A model generated the notes under the pieces. The model searched no databases and was not told the DNA's origin. It worked only from the letters and a program-made list of their open reading frames with translations. This document shows, piece by piece, positions 42,501 through 54,500 of a DNA stretch of 64,000 nucleotides (its first letter is position 1; each line of letters opens with the position of its first letter). The DNA lies in contig NMRA01000185.1 of the NCBI GenBank assembly GCA_002633005.1, positions 76,402-140,401 on the forward strand, given 5' to 3'. The stretch is from Phoronis australis. Taxonomy: Eukaryota > Animalia > Phoronida. The translations under genes and the position numbers were made by a program.

Positions 42501-45500
42501 CCATGGCCAGCTACAATTCTCCATAATCAAAAGCTGAGCAACAACCAATCCGCTTTGTTTTGTCTCCTGTATACCGAACCCAAACACACTAGGTACAACA
42601 TCTAACTTCATACTCAGTCATCTTTTATGCCCTGGCATGAGCTGTTTGGTAAGCTGGCATTTGATCGTCAGTGAAATCACTGTGGACAAAATGCAGGTCA
42701 CAGACAAGGAGAAGTTTCACGGCCTCATACTTAATTGGTATTACGGCGTACTTTTCATTATTCACTACCGCGAACCACTTCCGAAGCATTGTTTGCTCTC
42801 GAGGAAATCGGAAAAAACGACATATCTGCTTTTCTCGTAGCTTCATAGTTCACACAGGCAGGAACGATACACCACTTCATAGCGGTACTTTGCAGAAGTA
42901 CCACTGACGTTGCTCAGTCATTTCTCACCTTCCTCACAGGTTAACGCGACACCTCTTGGCGAGGTGAGATCGACCATATACAAGGCGATGTGGATATAGA
43001 CCGAATAAAGGCGAAGGCAACCTTTTTCCACGTCATTTTGAGCTAAAATAAGGTTGGTTGGTTATCCTAGACATATTTTCCACTTAATTACAGCTTTTCG
43101 TAATTTTATTAATTACTCGTCCGCTACTCCGGAAGTGACGTTTTAGGAGGCAAGCATTTCACGCCAATTTCTTTTCATATAGTCTGACTGTTAGAGCTGC
43201 CGAGTCAGTCATTGTTCTATCTCGGTTGTGTTAAGTTCCGTCGTCGTTTGCTTTCATTTACTAGTCAGTCAACATGCCACACTGTTGCTGCGTACCAGGA
43301 TGTACTAATTATCGGCTCACGCGCGCTTTGGGAGTAACTTTGCATCACTTTCCGATGGATGACACACTTCGCCGTACTTGGCTCGTTCATGTGAAGAACG
43401 CAGCGTTACCCGTCCACGAAACGTACAAAGCAGTGGAGAATTACCATGTGTGTGGCAAGCACTTTCTGCCGTCCGATTACGAAAGGGATTTGTACGCTGA
43501 ACTGATGAAGGTCCCTGCGAAACAACGTCTGAAGAAGGATGCCATTCCATCTGTGTTGATTCCCGGCAGTGCCCCGTCGCCACCCCCGAGAAGTGCGTTT
43601 TTGAAGTGAGAAGCCTCGTGAGCTGTGGCCAGTACAGTGACTGGAGCCAGTGGAGGCACTTCATCTACTGTCACCCGTGCCTCCGAACGTTCCCCAGAGC
43701 GTGCAATTCCTGGAACCAGTAGTGATTCGCCCTGTGCTGTTTTCTCCAGCCCAGAGCCTCTAAGCAGCCCTGCAGTGATATTGAGTAGTGGGAGTGATTT
43801 CAGGCTCAGTTCGACACCCAGTGAAGAGGACAGTTCGTCGTCCAGTGAACAGATCGATGAGCCAAACTTTGATAAGTTTATTGTGGACTTGTCTAAAGTG
43901 TTGGAGGTATTTAGAAGGTGCCAGGTGTGTGGCGAGGTAGTCACACGACACGATGTAAACAGTTTGGGTGCTCAGGTTACCATCCAGTGCCGGAGTGTGT
44001 CACGGGACACTCTGGCAAGTGGGACAGTTGTTCCGCTGTCCGTGGTATGCCGGAGGTCCACTTAACCATGTCGAGTAGTGGCTTGGCCTCGTCGAACTCT
44101 GAACAGCACAAGCATTCCATTGAGGTAGGCATAACAACGCACAAAGTGCATTTGCACCAAGATGTGTCACCACGTCTGTTCTCAGTAGCCGCCTCGTTTC
44201 TCTCAACAGCTGCCTGTGCCTGTGCGTACTCTGCCTCGTTATACTGGGGCTCAAACATGTACCCACCCACTGAATGTCCGTGAAAAAATTCCTCGTCACC
44301 ACTGCTGTGAACAAGGTCTCCGTCACTCACACTACTGTCACTGTGATACGGGTCACCGACTCCAGCCATTTTCAGCTTACAACACACTAAACAATCCCTA
44401 AATCCAACGTAGTTGAGTTCTCTACTAACCTATCTTGCCGCAGAATACTCGCCGATGGAAAGTGGTGGCGACAATTGGTGAAAAACAGCACAAAACAAAA
44501 GTAGAATAGAACAGATTCGCACGGTAAAGTCAACGCAAAACCAAGTGGCGGGAAACGCTTGCCTCCTAAAACGTCACTTCCGGAGTATCAAACAAGTAAT
44601 TTATAAAATTACGAAAAGCTGTAATTAAGTGGAAAATATGTCTAGGATAACCAACCAACCTTATTTTAGCTCAAAATGACATGGAAAAAGGTTGCCTTCG
44701 CCTTTAAGACGGTAAAAAAGCTAATTAAATCGGGTGGCATTCTCCTTTAAGTTTTTCAGATAGCGTACTTAAGATTTTTTTAGTTCCTGTGAAGTCGGGA
44801 TCAACCGCACTCCAAATCTGGGCTAGATCGCACCCCGCAACAAACGAAAAATCTGGATGAACACACATGTTGTGGTCACGTGACATTTGTTTTGAAGGTA
44901 GTGTGCATGTGTGCGTTGAGTGACAAACGCGTGCATGTCATCCGAGTTCATTTGCCAGAGTCGGTAGCAGGCTCACACACTAACATATATGTGTGCCATT
45001 AAGTGCGCGCTTCTTGGCCACGTGCTTATTAACACTGGTCAAGTTTCGATTCGCGGTTTTTACGTGTATAAAAGTAATCTGCATTCCTGTTGAGGGAGAA
45101 GAGCTGTACGAGAGATACAATGCAATCCCATTGACAAGTAGCCTGCGTCTGTTCTGAAAGACCTGGCCATAGTGGGACACGCTCCTCGCAGGATCAGCAG
45201 AACTTGTGTGTTCTTTTTGAAGTGTACAGCCACCGCTAAATTCCGACGTAGCGGCGAGGCTCGTGGCCTAGAATTTCCACCCGCAATAATTTTCCAGGAC
45301 TGTCAGATATTTAATTGAAGGCATTACTGTAGTATTTTAGAACTGTAGGTAAGCCATTTTTTGCATATTTAAACGTTCATAAACTGGACTTTTATTTTAG
45401 CGAAGTCTGAAAACGAGTGTGGGGGGTCGCTTTTAGGAGCATGGGTGCTTATTAGGACGAATAATTTTGGCTAAAATGACATTGCATTGTACATTAGGAT

Positions 45501-48500
45501 AAGAAATCAGTTCCAAGAATAATGGTATTTCACTTGCTGCGAGCACATGGGCCGGACTTCCGCCTTTCCCCCCTTTTCTTCGTTTCGAACTAGTCCACAA
45601 GTTCCTTTGTGCACGACCACACACTTCTTTTGTCTAGACGAATCGTCTAATGGGTGCCATCTACTGAATCGGTAGGATTGCACTGCACCCATGTTTTTTA
45701 CTGCCGGAGCATCGACACGCTGACTAAACTGAACCTTAAACTCATGATAAAAACAGCACAAGGAGGAGAACATTTATTCATGTTCATCTGGGAAACGGTA
45801 TACTGTTTTTGGGCTCTGAAAATTCGCTCGCCTCCTGGGCGACCAGCCCAACACCGTTTTTACTCGCTTTGGTGACTGGGCGAGTGGTTAAGTATATCCT
45901 TGTGTGTGGTGAAGTTAATTTTCATCCTCTGACAGAATGAGAAAGGTGTGATGGAGTTTTTGACCTGAAAATAAGCTCAGTATCCAGCCGTTTCATGAAC
46001 TTGATTAGTGCTGCGTTGTATCTCGGTTGTTTTCATTATGTCACATGCTGTTTTTGTTGGTTGTTTTTCTCATCTTCAACGACGTCATTTCCTGGCAGGC
46101 AATGTACTACAACCTAACGAAGCGAGAGCTAATCTAACAAACAAGTGCAAATGTTGAATACTGGAACAGACTGTGTAGTTTGCTTTTAATCAGTGTCAGT
46201 TCTGAGCTGTGAAAAATAAAGACTTAAAATTATTGAAATCTATGCTCTGGTGTTAAATTCTTTGAAATGATATTTCATGTGAAATTTGGGGAAGTTTTTA
46301 TTCACCAAAGTCCATAATGGTTTTCTTGGGCTTAATATTTTGGAATATATTAGAACAACAAAGGTTAATTAGAATAGCACGGTAATGCTTCACGTACCGT
46401 ATTCGCAGTAATAACTGCAAAGGGCGCTTAGAAATGTTCGTTTCAGGGGGGGCGCTTATTATAACCCAAGGCTGTTGAAACCCAGTCTCCGAAACAGGTG
46501 AAAATGGAAGCTAAGATTCATCATATTTAGGCTCTGTGATGTATCTAATCTATGAAAAGACTTTACAAAACCGTGGTGCATTACTATCAAACTTTGCTGC
46601 TAAATTACGATGATTTTACAGAAAATTATGCTGAAATCCCAGGTCGAAAACTCGCCGACTGTCTGCCTCGCAATTGTCGATATGGCGACTTGAATAAAAA
46701 TACAGTTTCTACTCAAGCAAATTACCTGAAATCCTCCTTAAGTTGTCCAAGTAGCGTCCCTAAGATTTTTAAGTTCCCGTGGAGTCAGGATCACGGCAGG
46801 TTTAAGTACAAATCTGTGCTAGTACAACGTGCCACCTACATGTATGATCGGCAACGTGAGAAAAATGTCTGGACGAACATACATGTTGTTGTCACGTGAC
46901 GTTTGTTTTGAAGTTGTCTGCATTTGTGAGTAAGCGAGCGTGTGCGTGTTACCAGAGTTCATTTGCCTGAGCAGATACTGTCTTTTGCCAGAACCACGTA
47001 ATCTAACGAGCTAGGTATGCATCATATCTAAAGAAATTTGCAGTAGCAGTAGGCCTAAGCCAGAGCGTGTTTCATTCAGCACTTGCCGGTCTCATGTCTC
47101 TAAAAACATTCGACATTTGTCTCTGTAAGACCATAATTATTAGTCGCCGTGACTGGCTGGATGTGGCGTACGTGACTATCTGACAGTTATTTTTCAGTGT
47201 AAGGGTGTGTAAGCATTCATTGTCAGTGGTCATTTCATAGGATATTTGGCTTAAAACACCAATTATGGTTATTCAAACAATTCATCTAAAAATAACGCAA
47301 ACATTTTTATAGTGTTAGAAACTGTCGGAAAGTAGTGCCAATATTCATTTCTTGTGATGCTATGCTACCCGTTTCATGAATGGATATTTCCCGACTAATG
47401 TCTTAGATGACAGGTTCATGTATGTAACGCGCGCTTCCTGGCCACATGCTTTTAACACTGGCCAAGCTTTTTTATAAGTCTTCGATTCGCGGTTTTCACA
47501 TGTAGGTCTACAAAGAAATTTGGTTTCCTGTTGAAAGCGGGAATTATCTTCAAAGCAATCCCGTAGACAAGTACACTACTTCTGTTCTGAAAGGCCAGAC
47601 CATTGGTCCTTGCAATATCAGCAGAACTTTTGTGTTCGTTTTGAGGCATGGCGGAAGTTTGAAGTGTATAGTCACGGCTAAATACCGACATAGCGGCAAG
47701 GCTCATGGTCTACAAATTCTGGGCACAATGATTTTTTTCAGGACTGTCGGATATTATTGATAAATAAAAGATGTTGCTGTAGAATTTTAGGACTGTAGGT
47801 AAGGCATGTTTCGCACGTACACGTTCATGGACTGGGTGCTTATTTTAGCAAATCTGAAAACGCGTGGGGGTGCTTATAGGGGCATGGGTGGTTATTACGG
47901 CGAATACGGTATGTAGTAAACAATATGGCAGACGAGTAAAATTTTGGTTTATCAAATTTCTCCACAAAAGGAAAGATTTAAAAATTTGAGTTGATTGGGT
48001 TATGTGTAGATGTCTTAAGACAACATTTCACAATATTTCCATTGTTTGCAGCCCGAGTTAGTTAGCCTTTGAAAAATGGGAAAATGGTCAATATTTGAAA
48101 TTATTTTTGCACAAAATAATTGAAGAATAGGCCATCTTGGATTGCACAGCGACACTCGAATTTCACTGAATTTACCCACAGTGCCGTAAACATTCGTCAG
48201 TCACATTTGCGGCCTCATTTTCGTGCCACTGGATTTCATATGTTATTTGCTGTTGTCTGATTTTTTACTATTTTTTTCGGTTTCATTATTCTATTCATCC
48301 TTCCAACGCCAACAAAGTATTACTGCTGGGATGTGAGCTGCAAATCTGACTTGAAAAAGTTTGATAAATTGGAAAAATACCCTAAGATGCATGATCTGAA
48401 ATTCGCCTTCCTGACATCAATGAGAGACACAAAAATGTGTCCGATTTCCAAAACGAGGTCTCACGCTTTCTAATCTCCAGGACAAAGAAGAGTTCTATCG

Positions 48501-51500
48501 TCATGTAATCTGAATTACAGCCCTATTGGCGTATATAAAATTTCAATGGGCGAATCATCAACCACTATTACTGTTAATGAATTAGAATTACTGAGTACGT
48601 CACTGGTGTTGTTTTTCGACTGAAGTAGTAAACACTTGCCATTATTCTATTAATTTTGTTTCATCCACAAAATAATTTTGATACTTCAGAAATTTCCACA
48701 CCTTGACTACTCACTAGCTTCAGTGACTTGTTAACCATCAGATGACCCTAATACCGTACATGTCTCATCTTTGAAGGATTATTAGTGACTTGAATTGCTG
48801 TACTTGTACTGCTTCAAAATCTTTCTCAGGAACACGCAGTGAACCAATTCAGTTAATTTGTTTTGATCTTACCTTGTCTTCTTCCTTGTGAGGAACTAAC
48901 AACAAATCAATAAACTGTCATAGATCCTTAGTACTCCAATGCTGCTACTACCCAATAAGCTGCTTGGAAGCTAGTGAAATTAAATACATTATCAACTGGC
49001 TCGCTGTGCGTGCTCGGTGTGGTAGTGTTGTCAGTAATATTATCTACTGATGGAAAAGTGCTCACGTATGTAGTCCACCATACGTTTGTGACTTAAATAG
49101 GTCACATGCTTCGATGTGAACCGATTATTTTGATGATGATTTGTAGCATAGATGGTGGTGGTGGTGGTGGTGGTGGTGGTTACAGTTTGATAGTTGCAAT
49201 TGATATTTCATAACAAAAATAAAACTTTGTTGTAGAGTTTGCTGCAGTTATTCCTATAGACACCAGCTAGCTACAGCAGTGCCCTCTCCTGCTATTTTGT
49301 ACACATTATATTCATGGGTAAAGCACTAGTGTGGGAGCTGGTACCTAACTTACAGCCATTACGAAAAATCTCACCAATTTTGGGCAAAAATAATTGCCGT
49401 TATTGCCCTTTGTTTTTCAACGTCCTCTAATATTATTGTCAATGCACACATGTTTTTGAAAGTATTTTTTGATGATATTAGCTATGGTTACAGGATTTGA
49501 ACTTGGTAAAGCAGTAATTTGATGTTACGTATTGTTCATGAAAAAAATGAGAAAATAAGATTTCACTTTACCGCTATATTGTGTTTTGAATTGGTGAGAT
49601 TTTTTGAAATTTAATGTCTACACCCATAGGCAAGGACTTTTTTTCGTTATTGCTATGTAAGTAACATTGAGAATCATAATTTTGTAACAATATCAATACT
49701 GAATCAAACCCCCTCTTTGAAAAGTTTTGCTGACGTGCAGTAGAAGCTTGGGGAAAGGGCTTATTTGGCCATTTTCTTTTGGATTGGCCTTTCGAAATTC
49801 CTGGCATTGTAACTGTTCTGCAGATGCTGTCTGCTCCAGAATGTTACAAAATGGTGAGAGTAACTTCAAAGTGGCCCAATAAACCTGTGGAGCCTGTTCT
49901 GCAGAAAACTGACTTTGCTAAGTCAGTTCTTAAATTTTGCATCATAAAGATCATTAAATGTGCTGTGAACAATTGGACAATTAGGGGAACCTTACATGAT
50001 ATTTTTTGTTTTTTGAATGTGATAAATTTATGCTTTTGAATTTTTTGTTAATTTCCCCATTATACTTATATTTAAAAATTCGTTGAAGCTATAACAATGT
50101 AATTTCACATCCGTTTTGCATTTAATAATATGTCATAACATCCCCTGTGTGTGGGGCTGTAGCGAGTCATTCAACAAAGAATTTACATAGCTCGATGGCT
50201 TATTAACGGTAGAAAGGGGCGCTCCTGGGCTTAGAGTGGGAATGACTAGCTTGTTACATGTCCTCAGCAGATAGTTCCCATATGTGGACCCTCGTGGAAT
50301 TTGGAAGAACAGGAAATAAGGCATCGACGTGCAATATTCTAAACTTCAATTTATTGTTGTTCATATTTGCAGATGGCGTGGTATGGAGGCAGTTTACTAT
50401 GAGAAAAGATAAATGTGTGGTAGAAAAACGTCAATAATGAATGAGAGAATACAGAATATACAAAGTAATTGGACTGTCATTTATCAGGGTTAGGTACTAC
50501 AGGTTGTGGGTGGGTTGACAAAATGAATGTGCTGGAATGCAATTTGTACCTAAGTTGTTGTACTATGTTAATTTCTTGGGGTTACTCCCACTTAAGATGT
50601 ACTCCGCTAGTGCCACTCAAAGTGGTGACTTTCGCGACCAGTTTCCCTTTGAAAGACTGCCTTTTTTGACGCAATTCTGTACAAAGGATGCCTTTTATGA
50701 CAAGATTTCCTTCAAAAAGGTTCACTTCGGTAGTTGGAAATTCAATAAAATATTCCTGGATGAGACGATCGAATGAAACTGTGATCATTCTGTAAATTTC
50801 TGTTTGTCCATGTGGTGCGGTCATGACCTATTGTGTGGTTTCATGAAAACAGTGTGGGTTCTCACAACATCTTGTTGTTTCTCAACTTGCACAGTTTTCA
50901 TCTCATTGCGTGAGATTAGTGAGTTTCCTCTCCCGAGGTCAACAATGCTGCGGGAATGTAATTAAGGGAGTGGTATCATACCCGTATTATGTTATGGTGG
51001 TAATATATTGTGGTGAATGGATGGGACTCTTGTTTTTTGTATTAATTTTCATTTTGTACCGACGCAATTATGCCGTTGTTAGCTAATCAAATTATCACTA
51101 ATGTCATTTGTTAAGTTCTGTGGTACCTGTCAGCTTACCTAGGCTTGTCAAGGCCACTACTGTTGTAAAAGCTTTGAAACAAGTCCAATATTTACTTTGA
51201 TGTTTTTTTATCCTAGGGATATGAAAATCATCAAGATAAGACTAATTTTTAAGAATGTTTTATAAATCGCCATAATAACGTAATTGATAATGACAGCGAC
51301 CACTGTGAATTTGGATACTGTGTTGTTTTCATTTTTCACCTTCAATAACCAATTATCACATAAAATTAGTCGAAACTGACTCGCGGAATTTAAAAAGTGG
51401 TACATTTGCTGAATTTGGTAAACACACGTGCATAGAAATGGTTCCAATTGTAAGTGTATTTCCTTAGTAACACCTAATTTAACTTCATGGCTTTTTGTTT

Positions 51501-54500
51501 TGTATTGGAAATGTGGTTTTGTGAGGTCATCCACAATCCGGAATCAAACCCACATACTTAGCGGTAACAGTCCAAAACTTAGCTAAACCCTGCTCGATAA
51601 AGGTCAGAGTATCTTAAGAGTGTTTAAGTGGTAAAGTCCTAATTTCAGTGAATGGCTAGCAGACAACCACAAGAATTCGTGATTTGTAGTAAAACCGCAA
51701 AATCATCGGACTTTGTTGTTTTATAGCTCTGGTCAAACCTGATAACTTCTAAAAGTCTATTTCATCGTGCAATAAATTCAAGAACGCGTTTTTTCAGCCG
51801 TAATCCCGGTTGTGTCCATTTAAGATACCATTTTAAAGTAAACCAACGTAACCATCAAAGGCATCTGATTGGCAGTTACTTGGAGCTAGTCACCGGAAAT
51901 CTTAGTTTAAACTTCTGAGGTTACTAATATAGGTGGCTGTCTTATAAAATATTTCTGCAAACGGCAATCTGAAGTTTAAATGTTCTCGTGTGTCTAAAAC
52001 TTTGGATTGCCAACATTTTTCAGGTTATAGCTTTTGCTCTTAGAGAGGCTATAAATGTGCTAGTATACGGTAAAATCTTGACACATTATGGCGGACAATT
52101 GAAATTTACATTTATTGAAGTTCACATTTTTTTCATAAAACATACGTTAGACCAAGTCAACATTTTTCCATGTTCAAACTCTGTATCACAGCTATAGCTC
52201 AAGAAAAATAGTATTCGGACAAAATACAGATGTCGCATCGTGATCGCAAGTTCTGTTAACAGCAAAAATTACTCATAATAATATTAGTCGAATAACTAAT
52301 TTCAGAATGGCTTAGCCACCTTCAATTTTCCTGTTAATTTCCCTTAATTCTTGGTCACAAAGGAAGACTACTCTGAAGGTGAATTCAGCTCATGCTCATC
52401 TGTCATGACGGGGAATTCCGGGTTATTTTTGTCTGAATAGTTTAACTTGTATTTTACCGCCAGACTATATTTTGAAAATTTATGGGGCATACACAACATT
52501 TTTCGCAATTATTTTTGTTCAAAATTAGTGACATTTTAGCATATCGAAAGCTGTGTTAAACCGAATAGATTAAGGAACCGGAGAGTAAGTGCCTATTCAT
52601 CTGCTGGAAATACGCAAAAAATATCTTTTGTATATAGTCAAACCTTGATAGTTAGAAATTTTACAGTAGTACAATTTCGGGGATCTAAAGAAGAGCAGGA
52701 TAGGAATGTATCAACATCTCATGGTAGGTGGTTGTGAAATATTGTATTCGGTGGGTATTTTGACTGATTGACGAATTGCCCACTTGGACTGGGAGAGAGA
52801 CAGAAGCATTTCATATCTATACACAAGTTTAAAGAGAGACGCTGATTTGTGACCTCCAAGTGAGTTCTGTTTCATCTGAGCATAAGTTACAAACTTACCT
52901 TTATGCAAATTACCGTAGACATGTTGACAGGATGTCTCCATATGGTGATGTTTTTTAATTTTTGTCTATGACATCTTGATGTGCCATCTGTTGCTTATTT
53001 TATTGCCACTTTTGCATGTATTTTCAGAGTTAGTATAATTTTCTGAACTGGCAGTTTGCCAAGGTATCGTATTTTATACGGTCTAGTTTTAATGGTATGA
53101 TGTGTACTGTTTAGGTGAAATGAGGTATTACCTTGTGACATCACGTTTCACATTTGTCAGTGTGGTATGTTTCGATTTAATTTTGCGACGGTCACAAAAA
53201 ATTAAGTCACAAGATAAAGCACATTAACACTTCCTGTTTGCTATGGTTACACCGTCGTCGGAATGGAGTTCTTGGATCTTTGGATTAATGATCCACTACA
53301 TTGTTATTTCATCTCGTTAAATGTTGTTAGCCATTTTGACTAACCAGTATAGCATTTCATGTTACTTCTGTTATTATAAAACGGTATACTTTGCGTCCCA
53401 TGCATCTTTGAGCATTGGGATGAGTGCAATGGCCAAATGTCTTTGTCGTGTTATGTTATGCTATATTATGTTTATATTAGAGCAGTGACAACGCCACCTG
53501 GCAACTATTAGCCTGTACACGTGTGTTGCAGTAGTTTTGTGTCAGCGGTGAAATAAACATATGTTCTGCAAACGATCTCCGTTATTACATACACAACATT
53601 TTGGTGACAAGGATTTAACAAGAATATTATTGTGGATGATTTGACGTTGAAACCGATTGCTATTCAACCCAGCGAATCAGCCAGGAGGTGTTGGGAACTT
53701 TGGCTGAAACGGCTGGGTAACTTTCTGATGGCGAAAAACATCACGCAGGAACCGTGGAAGAAAGCTACGCTTCTCCATTATGCGGATGACGGTGTGTTTG
53801 CGATAAACGATTCGTTACCTACAGTAGCGGACAAAACATATCAGCAATTACAGACTAAGCTGTCAGATTAGTTTGCACCGAAGCGCAACACGTAACATGA
53901 AGTGTTTCGGTTCTGACAAGCGCCGCAGGATGCACCAGAAACGTTGGATATGTTTTATGCACGGCTGCGTATCCTCGCTAAATACTGTGAGTTTGCGGAC
54001 ATGGATCAGGAAATCAAATCCCAGCTGATTCAAAAGTCACGTTTGGACAAGGTGCGCAACAATTAGGACTCACCGAACTGAGCATTACCTTGCAGGGACT
54101 GCTTACATACAGACGTACACAGGAATCTGTGACCTTGCAAGCCCAGGCCATGGGGACGCTGACGGACACTAACAAAATACAAGACAAACGGTGGCAACGC
54201 CCAAAGACAGGACAACGCCCACAGGCAGGTAGATTTGCAAAACCTCGTTCGACTAAGCCTGGAAGCCTAGGATCATGCTGGGGTTGTGGCAAATTTTGTA
54301 AGGACAGGTGGAAATGTCCCGCTTGGGGCATTACCTGCTTCAAACCAACTCATTACAAATCGGTTTGCTCTTCCCATGGACATGGCTATTCCAGACACGC
54401 TGGTAAAACGCATGTGGTGCAAGAGCAGGCCATGCCACGGGAAACCACCGGTGGGGCGTGCCAAGCTACGTTGAAAACGACTTGCAGTGGAATGTATCGC

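Larger units (their letters stand above)
43009..44703 (+). mobile_element. Inner Kolobok-type DNA transposon, internally deleted (1695 bp)
   Basis: 158-bp TIRs (43009-43166 / 44546-44703) starting AGGCGAAGGCAACC; flanks ATAA/TTAA; convergent THAP and Cys-rich ORFs. Confidence 0.9.
39848..44746 (-). mobile_element. Outer Kolobok-type DNA transposon (deleted and decayed)
   Basis: Perfect 17-bp TIR AGGAGAATGCCACCCGA, TTAA on both sides (39844-39847, 44747-44750), single TTAA at the paralogous empty site (46738-46741); contains THAP and Cys-rich gene remnants. Confidence 0.88.
39503..45463 (+). mobile_element. Tc2/pogo-like MITE copy 1, split by the Kolobok insertion (~39503-39847 + 44751-45463)
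   Basis: Both halves are colinear with the intact copy at 46397-47909; termini decayed. Confidence 0.75.
39339..45902. mobile_element. Possible outermost hAT-like shell around the transposon nest
   Basis: CAGGGATATAC / GTATATCCTTG termini and ctcgcc subterminal repeats at both ends; no clean TSD. Confidence 0.4.

Noticed and set aside
43274-43609. Stand-alone host THAP transcription factor gene
   Set aside because: It lies inside TIRs and continues in frame past two stops into transposase-like sequence.
39848-44746. piggyBac assignment because of TTAA TSDs
   Set aside because: Termini are AGG...CCT rather than CCY...RGG, and the cargo is THAP plus a Cys-rich gene, which fits Kolobok better.
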